A stretch of DNA of 61,053 bases, counting the filler, from Squatina squatina (Eukaryota), in assembly GCA_031763465.1 (NCBI GenBank). It is 3 parts of 3 records of this genome, joined end to end, with 100 filler letters (N's around TTAATTAATTAA, not from the genome) between each part and the next. Parts side by side here need not be neighbours in the genome. Positions count along the whole stretch, not along the records: positions 19,511 to 43,887 come from JARFOE010000047.1; positions 43,988 to 61,053 come from JARFOE010000192.1; 1 more part is not named here. One strand, 5' to 3'. The position numbers and the translations under genes are program-made. The notes beneath the pieces were generated by a model that saw nothing but the letters and a program-made list of their open reading frames with translations, was not told the DNA's origin and made no database searches. Shown piece by piece: positions 35,725 through 48,622 of the stretch; within the stretch, counting starts at the first letter, position 1, and every line of letters begins with the position of its first letter.

Positions 35725-37710
35725 CTGGTGAGGAAACAGTAAAAGGACAGTCTGCATCATGAATTAAGGATTACGAGATTTCCTTATCCGCTTTTAAATT
35801 TACTCCAGGTTTATTGTTGGTTATTTTAAGTTTCTTTTGTTCACATAATCTGAAATAATGTCATGGTTAGACTCAAGCCTNNNNNNNNNNNNNNNNNNNN
35901 NNNNNNNNNNNNNNNNNNNNNNNNNNNNNNNNNNNNNNNNNNNNNNNNNNNNNNNNNNNNNNNNNNNNNNNNNNNNNNNNGTTGCAAGAATAAAGTCACT
36001 GAAGGGTCATCTTGTTGTTGTTGACACCACAATGGCTCTTGGCTGGTAAGGCTGATGACGCCACAACTAGAATGCTTAAAGCCCAAATATTTAAACATTT
36101 CCGTTTTAATACAGACAGCCAAATGCACGGAAATTACGCAGTTAATTTCTGCCAATCGGAACTTTTGCAAATGCTTTCTAAAGACACACAGGATGTCATC
36201 AGTGAAAAATCAGAAATATAGTTGAATTCAGGTGTCAAGTATTCAAAGTTCTTAGTCTAATCTAATTCTAGTAAACAGCAATCAGTCTTTAAAAACCATT
36301 GTTGCATGCTGAAGCAACTCTATGTGGCAGCATGACAGGAAGCTACACCGGACAAAGAAATTACTTTGAACAGTGATGTTATGTGCTGTGCATCCTCAAA
36401 CAGCAAATTTATGAATTGCACTTTTCAGGGCTAAGAATTTCTGAATGTATCAAACATGCAGCCATTGTGGATGTCAATTCTTTTGTACCAAAATTACAAA
36501 TATGTTAAAAATCTATTAATACATGCTTGATGAGTCACTATTCTATGTTTTACCATTCATTGGGAATAACTTAAAGAAAATAGTTTTCTCCAGATATTTT
36601 ACAGAAAAGATGTATGCTGCAAAGTTCTCTCTCATGATTCAGGCTCTCCACCTCACCCCACCCCAAACCCCAACCTTCCTCCTCAACTGTGTATCGTGAC
36701 CTCACCAAGCAAACTGTTGTGTCTGTAAAACTGTCAGGTCAGTGTTTATTCTACGAGTTGTACCTTAAGCAGCATCTACTTTGAGTTCCAGAGTAACAAG
36801 AAGTTCAGACACTGATCAAAATTATAAACTTTAAAACACAGAAATAAAAACAGAGCAAATGAAAAATCCTTCAATTCTAAGTATCAGTATCAAGCACTCT
36901 CAAGTCAGTTATAGCTCTGTTAAATGCAGAGAAAAGCTTCCAGCATCACCAACTGCAATGATATGGTATTTTTTCATTTTACACATGAGCCATTCTATGT
37001 GTAAGTATAAGTGAAATTGCCAATTCATCCCAAATTAGAAAGTTGATTTCAACTGCACAAAATCATTTCACATAGTACCCTAAGAGCCAGCAGACAAAGG
37101 AAGCTTTCATCCCATTCATGTGAGCTAGATTTGAAACCAGATCTCAGAAGTAAAAATCTAGTGCTATCCAACATTCCCTGTCCCAAACACCTGCTCTGCC
37201 TCACTTCACATTTATGATGTTTTTATGTCAAATACCATTAATTATCCTCTATTAAATTGTCTGTATGGCATGAAGTAAAAAAGTAGCATATATCTGATTA
37301 TTGATTACTTTTACCATTAGCTAGCTAAAGCAGATCTCATCTTACTTATTTCCTGTGCGTTGTTCAAAAGGTTACAGATAGCCGATTGATGCTTAATAAA
37401 CCTTGATGTTATATAAAAAAGCAAAGTTCAGTCGACACTAGAATTCCCTGCAGAACCACAGACTGTTTCTACCCATGACATTACAGTAATTCTCAGTGCG
37501 ATTTTCCAAAATCTTTTATCAGTAAATATGCTGGCATATTATAAAGTGCCACATTATTCTAGAATCAAATATGTTAGCTTGCAGATTACACGCCTCTTTT
37601 TAATAAATCTAATTGCTACATTTTGCTCCTAGACCTATTTTTGTGCAATCAAATCCAGACAAGATTAAGTTTGCTCTGGGGAGTTTTGGCATGAAATCAC
37701 ATGGGCTTAC

Positions 37711-37779
37711 CCGGTAAAATGCTGTTGTCAGTGGCAGCAATGTAGCAGCAACACAATATTCTTCAGAAGCTGAACAATC
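37711..37779 (-). CDS. SBF2: Isolated SBF2/MTMR13-like exon inside RGS3 intron
   Basis: cttccag/gtaagc; 69 nt, phase 0-0; DCSASEEYCVAATLLPLTTAFYR resembles SBF2 [23 protein letters not shown] (closer than SBF1); on gap-bounded contig 35981-37913. Confidence 0.8.
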
Positions 37780-38021
37780 CTGGAAGAAATAAACAGGAAA
37801 TCATAAATCTTGATACCTTACATTCCATACGTTCGTAGCCAAATTATCTCAGCTCAATTACCACCCACCTGTTTGATAAAGAGGCAATGCGTGGAAGAAT
37901 ACAATTAACTGGCNNNNNNNNNNNNNNNNNNNNNNNNNNNNNNNNNNNNNNNNNNNNNNNNNNNNNNNNNNNNNNNNNNNNNNNNNNNNNNNNNNNNNNN
38001 NNNNNNNNNNNNNGTACTCAC

Positions 38022-38672
38022 TTTACGTCCAGAGAAGATGAGGCATAACTGATTCATGGAACCACCATTTTTCACATTAGCCAACTCTTTTTTGAGGGTC
38101 TTTGGAGAGGGTGGAGCCCAGTTGGCCTTTGCTTTTTGACCATCACACCCTACACAGTTGAGTGCATTGTCAGATTTAAAACACTGAGTCTTAGGTTCTG
38201 GCTGAAGGCTACCCTCACTGTGTGTTCGACGTCGCAGTGAGTTCTGAATAGAGAGAGTACAGTGTTTCTCGCAATCTGATGTTTCAATCATACTGCGGCG
38301 TTTAGAGTCACAACTGTCCAAATAACAATCATCACTATCTTCATCGTCATCATCATCCTCCTCTTCCTCCTCGTCATCTTCACCATCAATCTGTAAAATG
38401 GGTAGCTCATCAGCTTTTTGGCTAAAGCTTCTGTCAAGTCTGACCTCGGGTATAATGAATGGCGTTCGAGGGTTCTGTGACTCAATGATATTCAGATTTT
38501 CACTACTTTCTGTCACTCCCTCTGTGCATTTAGTTTCTTCTTCTGCAGTGTGTTTTTTTTCTGGGACCTTCTCATTTTCAGCATCTTCTTCACCAGTAGG
38601 CTGTAGGTCACTAATTGGAACCTTTTCTTCAGACAGCATCTCAGACTGTTCATCTGATTTTGGATCAAGCAT
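38022..38672 (-). CDS. RGS3: RGS3 large acidic exon
   Basis: aaatag/gtgagt; 651 nt open; contains FIIPEVRLD, an acidic tract, KRRSMIET, QNSLRRRTHSEGSL, PSPKTLKKEL and NGGSM motifs of RGS3. Confidence 0.95.
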
Positions 38673-41600
38673 CTATTTAGTGAAAAGAAAAAGAAAAAGA
38701 AAATATATAAAATGAACTGTTTGTAGTTTAATATGGAAGGAGGANNNNNNNNNNNNNNNNNNNNNNNNNNNNNNNNNNNNNNNNNNNNNNNNNNNNNNNN
38801 NNNNNNNNNNNNNNNNNNNNNNNNNNNNNNNNNNNNNNNNNNNNACTCCTGGTCTAGGTGTATCAGGGGCATCAATGCAGCTAGTAGGCCCCTGCATACT
38901 CTGCGGCTCACCAGCTGCCAATATACTGAGAACCAATGCTATTGCTTCATCTATGGGAACACATAGTCGTGAGGTTAATGGTCAACCAAGCCAGAAGTTC
39001 AGAACGTACAAGCACCAAATGCTTTAAATACTTATACTACAATCACTGCCAGACTTAATTAAGTAAAGAAATCACTTGTTTTTTTAATTGTGCAGAACAG
39101 TGTCAGAAATCCAAACGCCAAACAAGGTGCCTGAATCCTGCGGCTTCCTAGAAGGTTTCTATGGCATAAAAGTTGAGAGTAGCAGTTGTTTGTCAGTGTT
39201 ACAGACATTGCTTTGGAATTCGATGACAATCCCTGCAGGTCTGCAAACATCAAGTGACACGGTTAAATTACAGCCTCCCTTGTGAATCCAAGCCTCCTCA
39301 TGGATGTTTCCTACGACATGCCCAGTATGGTCTTTGTTGTGGCAGACCCATAGCCAGTGTAGTACCTCATGCACATCAAGCCCTCTGTGCTCCTAGGCTG
39401 CCTTCTCCTCTTGCTAAATTGCAATATGACCATCAATGAATGCTACACCCTAGTTTCCTGGTAGAAAACTCCTCTCACTATTCACTTTTTTCACTGCTAT
39501 GTCGATACTGCAGAATCTTTCTCTTCATTAAACTCACTGGCCCCAAAATTCTGCAATATCTGCTCGTCCACCAGCGAAAAATCAGAGCTGCACCCTGCCA
39601 CTCCAATTTGGAGGGGAGGTGCCAAAAAAGTAATTTTTAAAAAAATCATATTTTCCCCCAAAAGGAATTTCATTCTAAGGTAATTGGAATCCATGCTTGC
39701 CCTCAGCAGGTGTGGAATCTGCCTAACCTATCAGTGGCCTAATAGCTGGAATGCCTGGGGTAGTCCAAGAACTCCATGAAGTTGGCTGCAGATGTAAGGA
39801 TAGATGCATAACTCTTCCCCAACCCCCTGCCAAACCTAATCTCTAATGGGAGGTTCTTGCAGATTCCTAACAGATCTGGGTTAAACCCCAAATACCTGGC
39901 CCATCTGGGCACAACTCACTACTTCCGCTATCTCTAACCCAGAACTTTCAGCCCTCCTAACTCCAGGTCTGATCTGAATTAAAATATTCACTTCAATTTG
40001 ACTGTGCCGCTGTAGAATGCTGCACGAGTTTAACATTAGTGACTTTTACAAGTGCAACTTTGGCTTTTTACACTAATGTATATTATTCCATTTTTTGAGG
40101 GACAGGATTCCCCAGAGCAGCACTAAATTCAGACAAGTAGTTGGATCATGCTTTTAACTGACATTACACTACATTTCACCATTATCACCTTTTTCCATTA
40201 AAATAAGTGAAGGAAGGAATGTNNNNNNNNNNNNNNNNNNNNNNNNNNNNNNNNNNNNNNNNNNNNNNNNNNNNNNNNNNNNNNNNNNNNNNNNNNNNNN
40301 NNNNNNNNNNNNNNNNNNNNNNAACCAAATTTAACTCACTTGGCAGAACTAGGTTGACTTCATCTTATGGTCTAACCCATTTTGCAGCTTCTCTGTAAAA
40401 AGCACTTGCAAAGTAGAGGCTAGAACTGCGCTGCATAAAAGCCTCAATACACAACTGGCAGTTGTTGCAAAACTGAAGGTAACCACAGGAAATGTGCAGT
40501 GGGAGGATATCGTTTTTAAAAAAAAAACAATGCCTTTTGTGTATACAATTTTGAAAGGAGTTACTAGGACTGGCTAAAGAATACTTTTAAAATATACATC
40601 AATGTATCAAGATTGTTAAACAAGAATAAACAGCACGAGCTAGTTCAATAAATTTGCATTGCAGTTCAAGCCTTTCTTTGCAAAAACATGACCAATTAAA
40701 TTGCTCTGCATCTTATCACCAACTGCTCGGAAAGTGCCAGATCCTGATACAAGGTGAAAAGGAAGGGCAAACGATAATAAACACAGCAAGCCATTTAAAA
40801 TTCTGACAGGATAAATTTGTCCTGTTAAGATTAATTTCTTTAGTTAATTCTGAAGTATTTAAAAGTATTTCATAGGCAGAAATTACTTGAAATGAAGGAA
40901 CAAAACATAATTTCCCTTTCCACAAATTAAAAGGCATCGAATAAATCTACAGTCCCACGGAAATACTGNNNNNNNNNNNNNNNNNNNNNNNNNNNNNNNN
41001 NNNNNNNNNNNNNNNNNNNNNNNNNNNNNNNNNNNNNNNNNNNNNNNNNNNNNNNNNNNNNNNNNNNNCCACAGATGCTGCCTGACCTGCTGAGTTTTTC
41101 CACCATTTTTTGTTTATATTCTAGATTCCAGCATCCGCAGTATTTCACTTCTGTATTGTTTCCCCAGAACCTGTCAAGATAGGCTATATTTCCACAGTGT
41201 GTAGAAGGTGCGTAATGGAGAAAAGCAGTAGTTTTGAAGCTGCCCATTCCACTTGTAAAAACTTCCCAACCATCGGATCTGGTGACCAGAAAATAAAAGC
41301 TCGAAAATTCCTGCGTACGGAAGCCTCCAACCAGAAAGATCTCTACACAAGTACCTGGTGGTCCAGGGGCTGCAAAAACTTGCGTTCCTGGGCCTCCACA
41401 GGAACAGCCCAGGGATCTCTCCTGTGTGTGCGCTTCGCATACTCAGGTGGGATCACATTGGAGACCCCAACCTATCAGGTAGGGATATCTCCCATTCATA
41501 CTTCTGCTGATCTCTGACATTACAGAGATCAGTAGAAGAATGAATTGGAAATACAAAAAACAGCACAAGCATTTCAAAATACATTTTAAAAACTTGTCAA

Positions 41601-43333
41601 ACATTACAATTTAATAAAATTATATATAATTAAATAACTAATACAAAAAAAATTGAAAATCTCAACATCTTTTAAGGTGTATAAAAATATACTTACCTTA
41701 ATGGACTGGGTTCTTAACCACTATTCCAGTAATTTAATTTATTTTTATATTTTTTAAAACTCTTACGCTGGTAAAAGCAGACCTGTACGCTTGCTTTTAC
41801 CAGGCATAAGAAATTAAAAAGCTTTCTGTGGGCAAGAGTTGGGCAAATAGCACGACTCTCCGCCCAGGAAAGCTCTTTCCCTGTTCAAGCGAATGATCTG
41901 TCGAGAAAGATCTTGACAAATCGCATGTTCTGAATCTATGGCCACGTGCATTGCAGCCCTAGATCCGGAACTTGCGGGGTCCCTACGGGTGCGTGCGAAC
42001 ATCGTACGCACCCAGAGGGACCCGATGGGATCGCAAATTCTGCCCCAATATATTTCGAAGATATTTTATCATCAATGCAGACATATATTACCACTAACTA
42101 CATCTTCTTTAAGTCAAACGTGCTGCAGTTGCAGAGGGCAATGCGTAACTAAGCCACACCACACAAGCCAACTGCTCGAATTTTATGTGAACAATCAGCT
42201 TTTGTGTTTGCTGATGAAAATCCGCCAATGCACACTTTCTGCTCAGCAATCTACAAAACCATCCATTCTACCACAAGTCCATTTCGGTTGCAAAATCCAT
42301 CCATGCTGCCTGATCAAATGTCTCACGCATTTGGGAGATAAACACACAGAAGTTGGAAAAGTGCAGAAACATGGTACCGACTGAAATAGTTCAGGCAAAC
42401 TGGCTGCCAAAGCCGACTGATACATTACTGTGGCTATCCAGTGAAAATTCTATCCCCCAATATTTGAACTTTTTTTCAATGTTTCAAACTTAAAATTGAG
42501 GAAAAACTGAGATTGCTTAACTAACACCAAGGTAAGCATTAATACTGGGGTACATGTCAACATTATACCAATAGGGCAATGAACTGATCCGACTTAAAAA
42601 CATTCAGAGATATGTATTATTTATAATTAATAATTCTGAAATGTGCGCAGTATCCTTTGTAAATCCTTTGATTTACAGAACCCATCTGCTTCTGTGCATA
42701 TTTGAATAACAGCATGAAAATATACAGTAATTAACATATAGGATTTATTCTGTTGGAACTTCATGTAATTCTATAGATGAGGTTGCTTTGAATTAAGCAA
42801 CTCCAATATAAATCATCGGTTCAGTTCTTTAGCCTTCACAATCCCTGATTATGGGTGCTTTTGTTCTTGCAGAAATAAAATTCAAATTACAAAGGAATGT
42901 CATTAGAGATGGGAGTGGGAGAGACGTCATGATAAGAAGCACCTGGCCTTGGCTGGTTATTTTCAGAATTGTCTCAGCATGCTTCAGCACACACAATGAT
43001 GAAAGGATTCTCTTTGAGATGAGTTGCAGTGCCATTTTTGAGTTAAGGAGGGTGCAAACACATTAACTGCCTTTATTTGAGCATTCCTGTCACTGTGCTT
43101 GCTGAACTGCCAGGGAATGTGTTGGCATATAAGAACAGGACTTCGTTACTTGGCCCATCAAATCTGAGGCACCATTTTATTCGCAGTTCTATCACATTAA
43201 TCCTCTTTCATTNNNNNNNNNNNNNNNNNNNNNNNNNNNNNNNNNNNNNNNNNNNNNNNNNNNNNNNNNNNNNNNNNNNNNNNNNNNNNNNNNNNNNNNN
43301 NNNNNNNNNNNNTTCTTTTTATAAGGTGCATAC

Positions 43334-43670
43334 CTGGCTGGCATGCTTTATTGGTGAAAGAATGAGAATATTGTCTCCCTCAGATCCGACATTTGAGACT
43401 ATAGGCCCATTCTGTGGACACTTGTCAAACTCCTCACGTCGCTCCCAGCTGTTCAGTACAACTCCATCAGAACCATCATAGACAAAATGGCAACTTTCTC
43501 TGTGATCCATAGGACCTGATGGGGTACTACAGTTCTTTTCACGTTTGTTGGGTGGAGTCTGCAAATCATGATTTGATTTGTAAGATGGTTTTCTAATCAT
43601 GCGTTCAAAGCTGGGTTTCAACCGAGGAACAAGACGCCAGATTAAAACAATGATCTGACTCTGACAGTTT
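43334..43670 (-). CDS. RGS3: RGS3 exon at end of PDZ domain (PDZ-RGS3 long isoform)
   Basis: ttacag/gtatgc; NCQSQIIVLIWRLVP...KSNHDLQTPPNKREKNC...SCHFVYDGSDG...ILSPIKHASQ matches PDZ-RGS3. Confidence 0.9.
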
Positions 43671-43887
43671 CTGTAAAGAAGCAAATAACGTAGCATTAAA
43701 AACAAGCACAGGATGATGCTTAAGAGGTACACTTTCTGCCCATCTCAGCCCTTGCCTCAAGCTCATTCGCTGCTGAAGCTCTCATCCATGCCTTTGTTAC
43801 TTCTAGACTTGACGATTCCAACGCCCTCCTGGCTGGCTTCCGACATTCTACCGATGAAAACTAGAGGCGATCCAAAACTCAGCTGCC

Positions 43888-43987
43888 NNNNNNNNNNNNN
43901 NNNNNNNNNNNNNNNNNNNNNNNNNNNNNNNTTAATTAATTAANNNNNNNNNNNNNNNNNNNNNNNNNNNNNNNNNNNNNNNNNNNN
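43888..43987. other. Artificial scaffold-joining linker
   Basis: Identical 44N-TTAATTAATTAA (43932-43943)-44N structure. Confidence 0.93.
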
Positions 43988-44150
43988 TGCACCAGACAAT
44001 ATCCGCAGAGGATAGAAAATTAAAAAAAAAGCATTTTTGCCTGTCTGTGCGACATTCCGCTCCAAACAAAGTTTTATGCTGGTGAAATGCCTCAACTAAA
44101 AAACTGTCATTAATCAAAGATTTTTTTTCTCCAATACTGTTCATACTCAC

Positions 44151-44210
44151 TCAATGTCTTCTAATAGATTCTCGTAATAGTCCAGATAATTGTGAAGAGT
44201 GTTGGGATAC
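44151..44210 (-). CDS. VIPR2: VIPR2 TM4/ECL2 exon with apparent 1-nt deletion and premature stop
   Basis: ccgcag/gtgagt; GIPTLFTIIWTITRIY then TAG (44163-44161); adding one T gives YLEDI, matching human RLYLEDTG. Confidence 0.85.
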   Translation of the reverse strand, partial: VSQHSSQLSGLLRESIRRH

Positions 44211-44309
44211 CTGCGGAAAATAACCGGTCTATTAAAGTCAAAATAAGTTTGGCTGGATTTCATCTGAACTCTGTTAATCACGTTTTCTGATCATCAAAAG
44301 AAGGCTTAC

Positions 44310-44460
44310 CCCAGCCGATCAGCATGTAGAGAGCAAAGTACTTATTTTCAGAGAAAAAGACCATGAGGAGTGTGTGTAGGTATAAACCTTCCACTAACAA
44401 CCAATAGAAATTGGCAACGATGAAGTACTGGAAGAATACCAAGATAGCTTTGCAGCCAAC
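44310..44460 (-). CDS. VIPR2: VIPR2 TM3-TM4 exon
   Basis: ttttag/gtaagc; 151 nt; [50 protein letters not shown](G), class B signature [10 protein letters not shown]. Confidence 0.92.
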
Positions 44461-45144
44461 CTAAAACGAAACAAAGAGAGGAATGGAGCTCAGCTGCAAT
44501 CAGAAGAAGAGGCTGTCTAAACATGTTGGTTAAAAATAGCATGGAAAATGCAGGACAGTGCATACTTTCCAATGTTACGAAGGACCATGAGCCTTGCCAA
44601 CACAGTAGAGTGATTGTTGTCTGCAAAGAGGCTTTACAGCCAGAGGTAGTCCCATAGAAGACTTCCTACATGGACCTCTCAACTCCTCTACATGAAGTTG
44701 TCAATTCTAACTATTGACTTGTTGACTAGTCAGTCTAGTTCCACTGTTCATCAAGTTGGCAGGAATGAAGAAGTTAAAACATCAACTTTTTTGTGACCAA
44801 CAAGTCCAACATATTTAANNNNNNNNNNNNNNNNNNNNNNNNNNNNNNNNNNNNNNNNNNNNNNNNNNNNNNNNNNNNNNNNNNNNNNNNNNNNNNNNNN
44901 NNNNNNNNNNNNNNNNNNTAAGGCTTGACAATCTCCTGTGCTTGCTTATGTGGATGCATTAAACCAGAGATCTGCTCTAACTGTATGAGGCAGATAAATC
45001 AAAACTGCAGATCAGCCTTAATAACAAATATTACAGACCCAAATGCAACTTAAAAATATTCAGAACAATCTAAATCTTCACCAACTTACAATTAGATTCC
45101 TTGGGTCATGCTTTCTATAAAGGTTACAAATAAAAGTTCCTCAC

Positions 45145-45242
45145 CTAAAGAAACAAAGAATCGCTGATCCAGTCGTGAGAGCAACCAAGGAGGCACCGTG
45201 TCCCAGCGTATAAATGGCCTTCACTAGCACGAAAAAGGCAGC
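45145..45242 (-). CDS. VIPR2: VIPR2 (VPAC2, class B GPCR) TM1 exon
   Basis: accaag/gtgagg; 98 nt; AAFFVLVKAIYTLGHGASLVALTTGSAILCFFR vs human ITFYILVKAIYTLGYSVSLMSLATGSIILCLFR. Confidence 0.88.
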
Positions 45243-45884
45243 CTTGGTGAGAGAAAAAGATAGCAGGAGGTCAACTAAACCATCGTCAATTATACGGGAC
45301 AACCAGTAACAGTGTTTGAACAAAATCCGACATCATCGACCCTAGCCTTACCCTGAGATTATGTGGGGAATGGCCAGCTCCAGTTGGTGCTTCATCCATT
45401 GGGTCTAATAGCAATGTTATGACTAGGTTTATTTAGTGTGTTAGTACTAATGCACTACTGGAAACATTGAACTTAAACCAATGTGCTTCTCATGTGCTAC
45501 TCTTAATTCATCACCTCAAATTGTCTCCACCATTACCCCCTTCCAGTGACAGACTTGTAATTCCACTACTTCACCCTTGTATTAATTAGCTTAACAACAA
45601 CTTTTATAAATGTTGTGCTCATTAAGGTGAGCCAGTGCTGGGTGGGGTGGAACTGTTTCCCGGTGTTAGCAACAACTAATCCCTATTCAGGTATCGCACT
45701 GACCAGATCAAGAATAAGCCTCTCTCTGTAAGGACTCTTTGACTCCCAATCTTCACTGGGTTATCCATTCCACAATGGAAACTGTTGTTGCACGAGAATA
45801 GTTTGAAAAGGCTGCTATAATTCTGACACAAACATAAACAAATAATCTTTTGTATTAACACAGCCTCTTATCATATACAATCAT

Positions 45885-46089
45885 ACCTTTTGTCATTTAA
45901 TCACTCCTGCCTTCCACCCTATCACAGAACTTTCCTTTCATTCTTTCCTCCCCTCCCACCTTTCCCTGCCTCTGCATTTGATTAAAACCTGTTCCATCTC
46001 TGACTGTTTCCATTTCTGACAGGAGGTCGTTGATCTGAAACGTTAACTCTGTTTCTCTCTCCACAGGTGCTGCCTGACCTGCTGAGTAT
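45885..46089 (+). mobile_element. Penelope-like element terminal fragment
   Basis: Pyrimidine tract then ctgac..aggtc..gatctgaaacgttaactctgtttctctctccacag..gctgcctgacctgctgag; a second copy of the tail is at 41069-41150. Confidence 0.65.
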
Positions 46090-48622
46090 NNNNNNNNNNN
46101 NNNNNNNNNNNNNNNNNNNNNNNNNNNNNNNNNNNNNNNNNNNNNNNNNNNNNNNNNNNNNNNNNNNNNNNNNNNNNNNNNNNNNNNNNCCCTTAGACCT
46201 CCTGGAAACCTACCTGGAATCCACTTAAACATTTAGAAAGTACTAATGCTCCCGTCAGTACTTTCTAAATATTTTAAAGCTTTAATCACTGTGAAAGGAG
46301 CTGAGCCCACTATTAATACAGCACAAGAAAGCTGGTTCTTAGTGGGCATCAGAAATAAGATCAGTCTCGACCTTTATTGGGATGTCCTTTCTTTTGTGCG
46401 CATAGAAACATTCTTTTATTAAACTGCCTGTATAAGCTAATGAAGGGTCAGTAAAATAATTGTCTTTGACTTACATAGAGAAACATATCTGGCACACAGT
46501 TCTCCCAACCTCATTTTGCAAAGTGGCACACCTACCCCTTGCTTGGATAGCTTGTAGCTCAGAACTATTAAAAAAAGTCACATCTATATATGGTTTGATG
46601 AAATGCTCTGGCTATACCAAAACGTTCATGTTGTTTATGTTAGAGCTCAGTTTTAAATAATGTAATCTCTGTCATCTGTGTAAACTGTAACTTAAGATAA
46701 GGGTGGATTTCTCCAGTAAATCTTTAAATTTAGTTGACCTACCTTCAGCTCTATGGATAGCAATGATAAGGAAATGTGGAGAAATAATGGTTAGGAGTTT
46801 TTTTTAAAGGGAACAACAGAGAGCTGAATATTCCTGCCCTGTGAAGCCCAGTTGCTCACTGTGGTACAGAGACTCTAATGAGCAGCCTCGCTGGGAGCAC
46901 CCAGCTGGGGAATCAGCCCTTAACTTCCTGTCAGCTGCTGAGACTCAGGCTCGCTCTCTCTACGACCTCCGGTGCTCTGTGCTGCTGGGACTCGCNNNNN
47001 NNNNNNNNNNNNNNNNNNNNNNNNNNNNNNNNNNNNNNNNNNNNNNNNNNNNNNNNNNNNNNNNNNNNNNNNNNNNNNNNNNNNNNNNNNNNNNNGCGCC
47101 ATGACTTGTCAATGATGGCAGCGCCCCCGTTTTGCATCGGGGGCACTGACCAATTCGGGGTCCGCAGTGCACACTCGGAGATGCACACTGTGATGATGTC
47201 ACCAGCACTGTGAGCCGCCGCTCCCCAAGCCGTCGGCAAAATGTGACCGGAACCTCTTTTGGGGTCAGTAAAAAGCAGGACCAATTCCAGAAAACTCACA
47301 GGCAGTGCCGTCAGCCGGATCAAATGGCTTAACGCCTCATTAGCGCCGTTTTCCCACCGATTTGAGACCAATTGGGACCCCTATATGTTTACCTTTTCTG
47401 TAAGAACAGCGTTTGTTATGAGGCCCGTTCTCTGGGCTGTTGAATTAATGTAAGTTAGTTGTAAAGTGAAGAGGGAAAGTCATGTAGGAAGTGGCCTTTT
47501 AACTGAGGATAAAAATGCGAGACAATTCTAAGGAGGTTCACGGAGACCCAGCAGCTAAATCACCCTGCAACTGAATTTGGATCAGACTTGATTCTAGAAA
47601 CTAAAACCGCAAGACTATCGTATGATGAAAACATACATGGGGAAGCTGGTTGTAAACAGGGCTTTCTAGTATTTTACACATATATATTTCCACATGAGAG
47701 AAATATAGCACTTGTTTACCTTAAGAGAAGTCTACATTTGCCTGTGACAGATTGTGCTGTGCTGTACAAGCAAGTGGTGATGATGCGTGGTGAAACACTG
47801 TGGGAACTCTGCTTTGATATCAAGTTTTCCCTATTGTGTAAATTGTTTATAATATTTTACTTCATCTTCAGCTACAGTGCCTCAAAAGATATAAACTGCT
47901 TATTCTGTAGCAGGCAGGTTTCATTTATCACTTTAGTTATAAATATGATGGAAGAAGCTCCATAAAGGGAACATTACTGGGAGGGATTGGGACTTGGAAG
48001 GCAAATGTTTCAATTGTTTTTAATAACTTGCCACAAAACGGTCTCTTAAATTCATATGTGTTGTTCAAACATAGGGAAACAGGGAGCAGAACAGAACATA
48101 CAGCTCATCAAACCTACCCCTTCCAACAGACCATATACAATCTACATTGTTGAGCAGGAGATCTTGTTTGATCTCTTGAGGTGATGTGATTTTCAGCAGG
48201 TGAATCTTACAGGACAAGAACGTTGTGCGAAGCGTTTTCCTGACCCCTGTGGTAAGTGAAAAACAAGAGAAGTATAGGCAGGGTCTTAAAGCCAATGTCT
48301 GCTACAAGAGGAGCAAAATCCAGTGGAAAGGGAATATAGATTGTGAAGCACATTTCCTACAACAGTGACTACACTTCAAAAAGCTTCATTGGCTGTAAAG
48401 CGCTTTGAGATGTCCGGTGGTCGTGAAAGGCGCTATATAAATGCTAGTCTTTCTTTCATTATCATGTGGTCCAGGTATAATTATGTCTTAAGGAAGGTGG
48501 AACAGCGGCAATTATTTAGATTNNNNNNNNNNNNNNNNNNNNNNNNNNNNNNNNNNNNNNNNNNNNNNNNNNNNNNNNNNNNNNNNNNNNNNNNNNNNNN
48601 NNNNNNNNNNNNNNNNNNNNNN

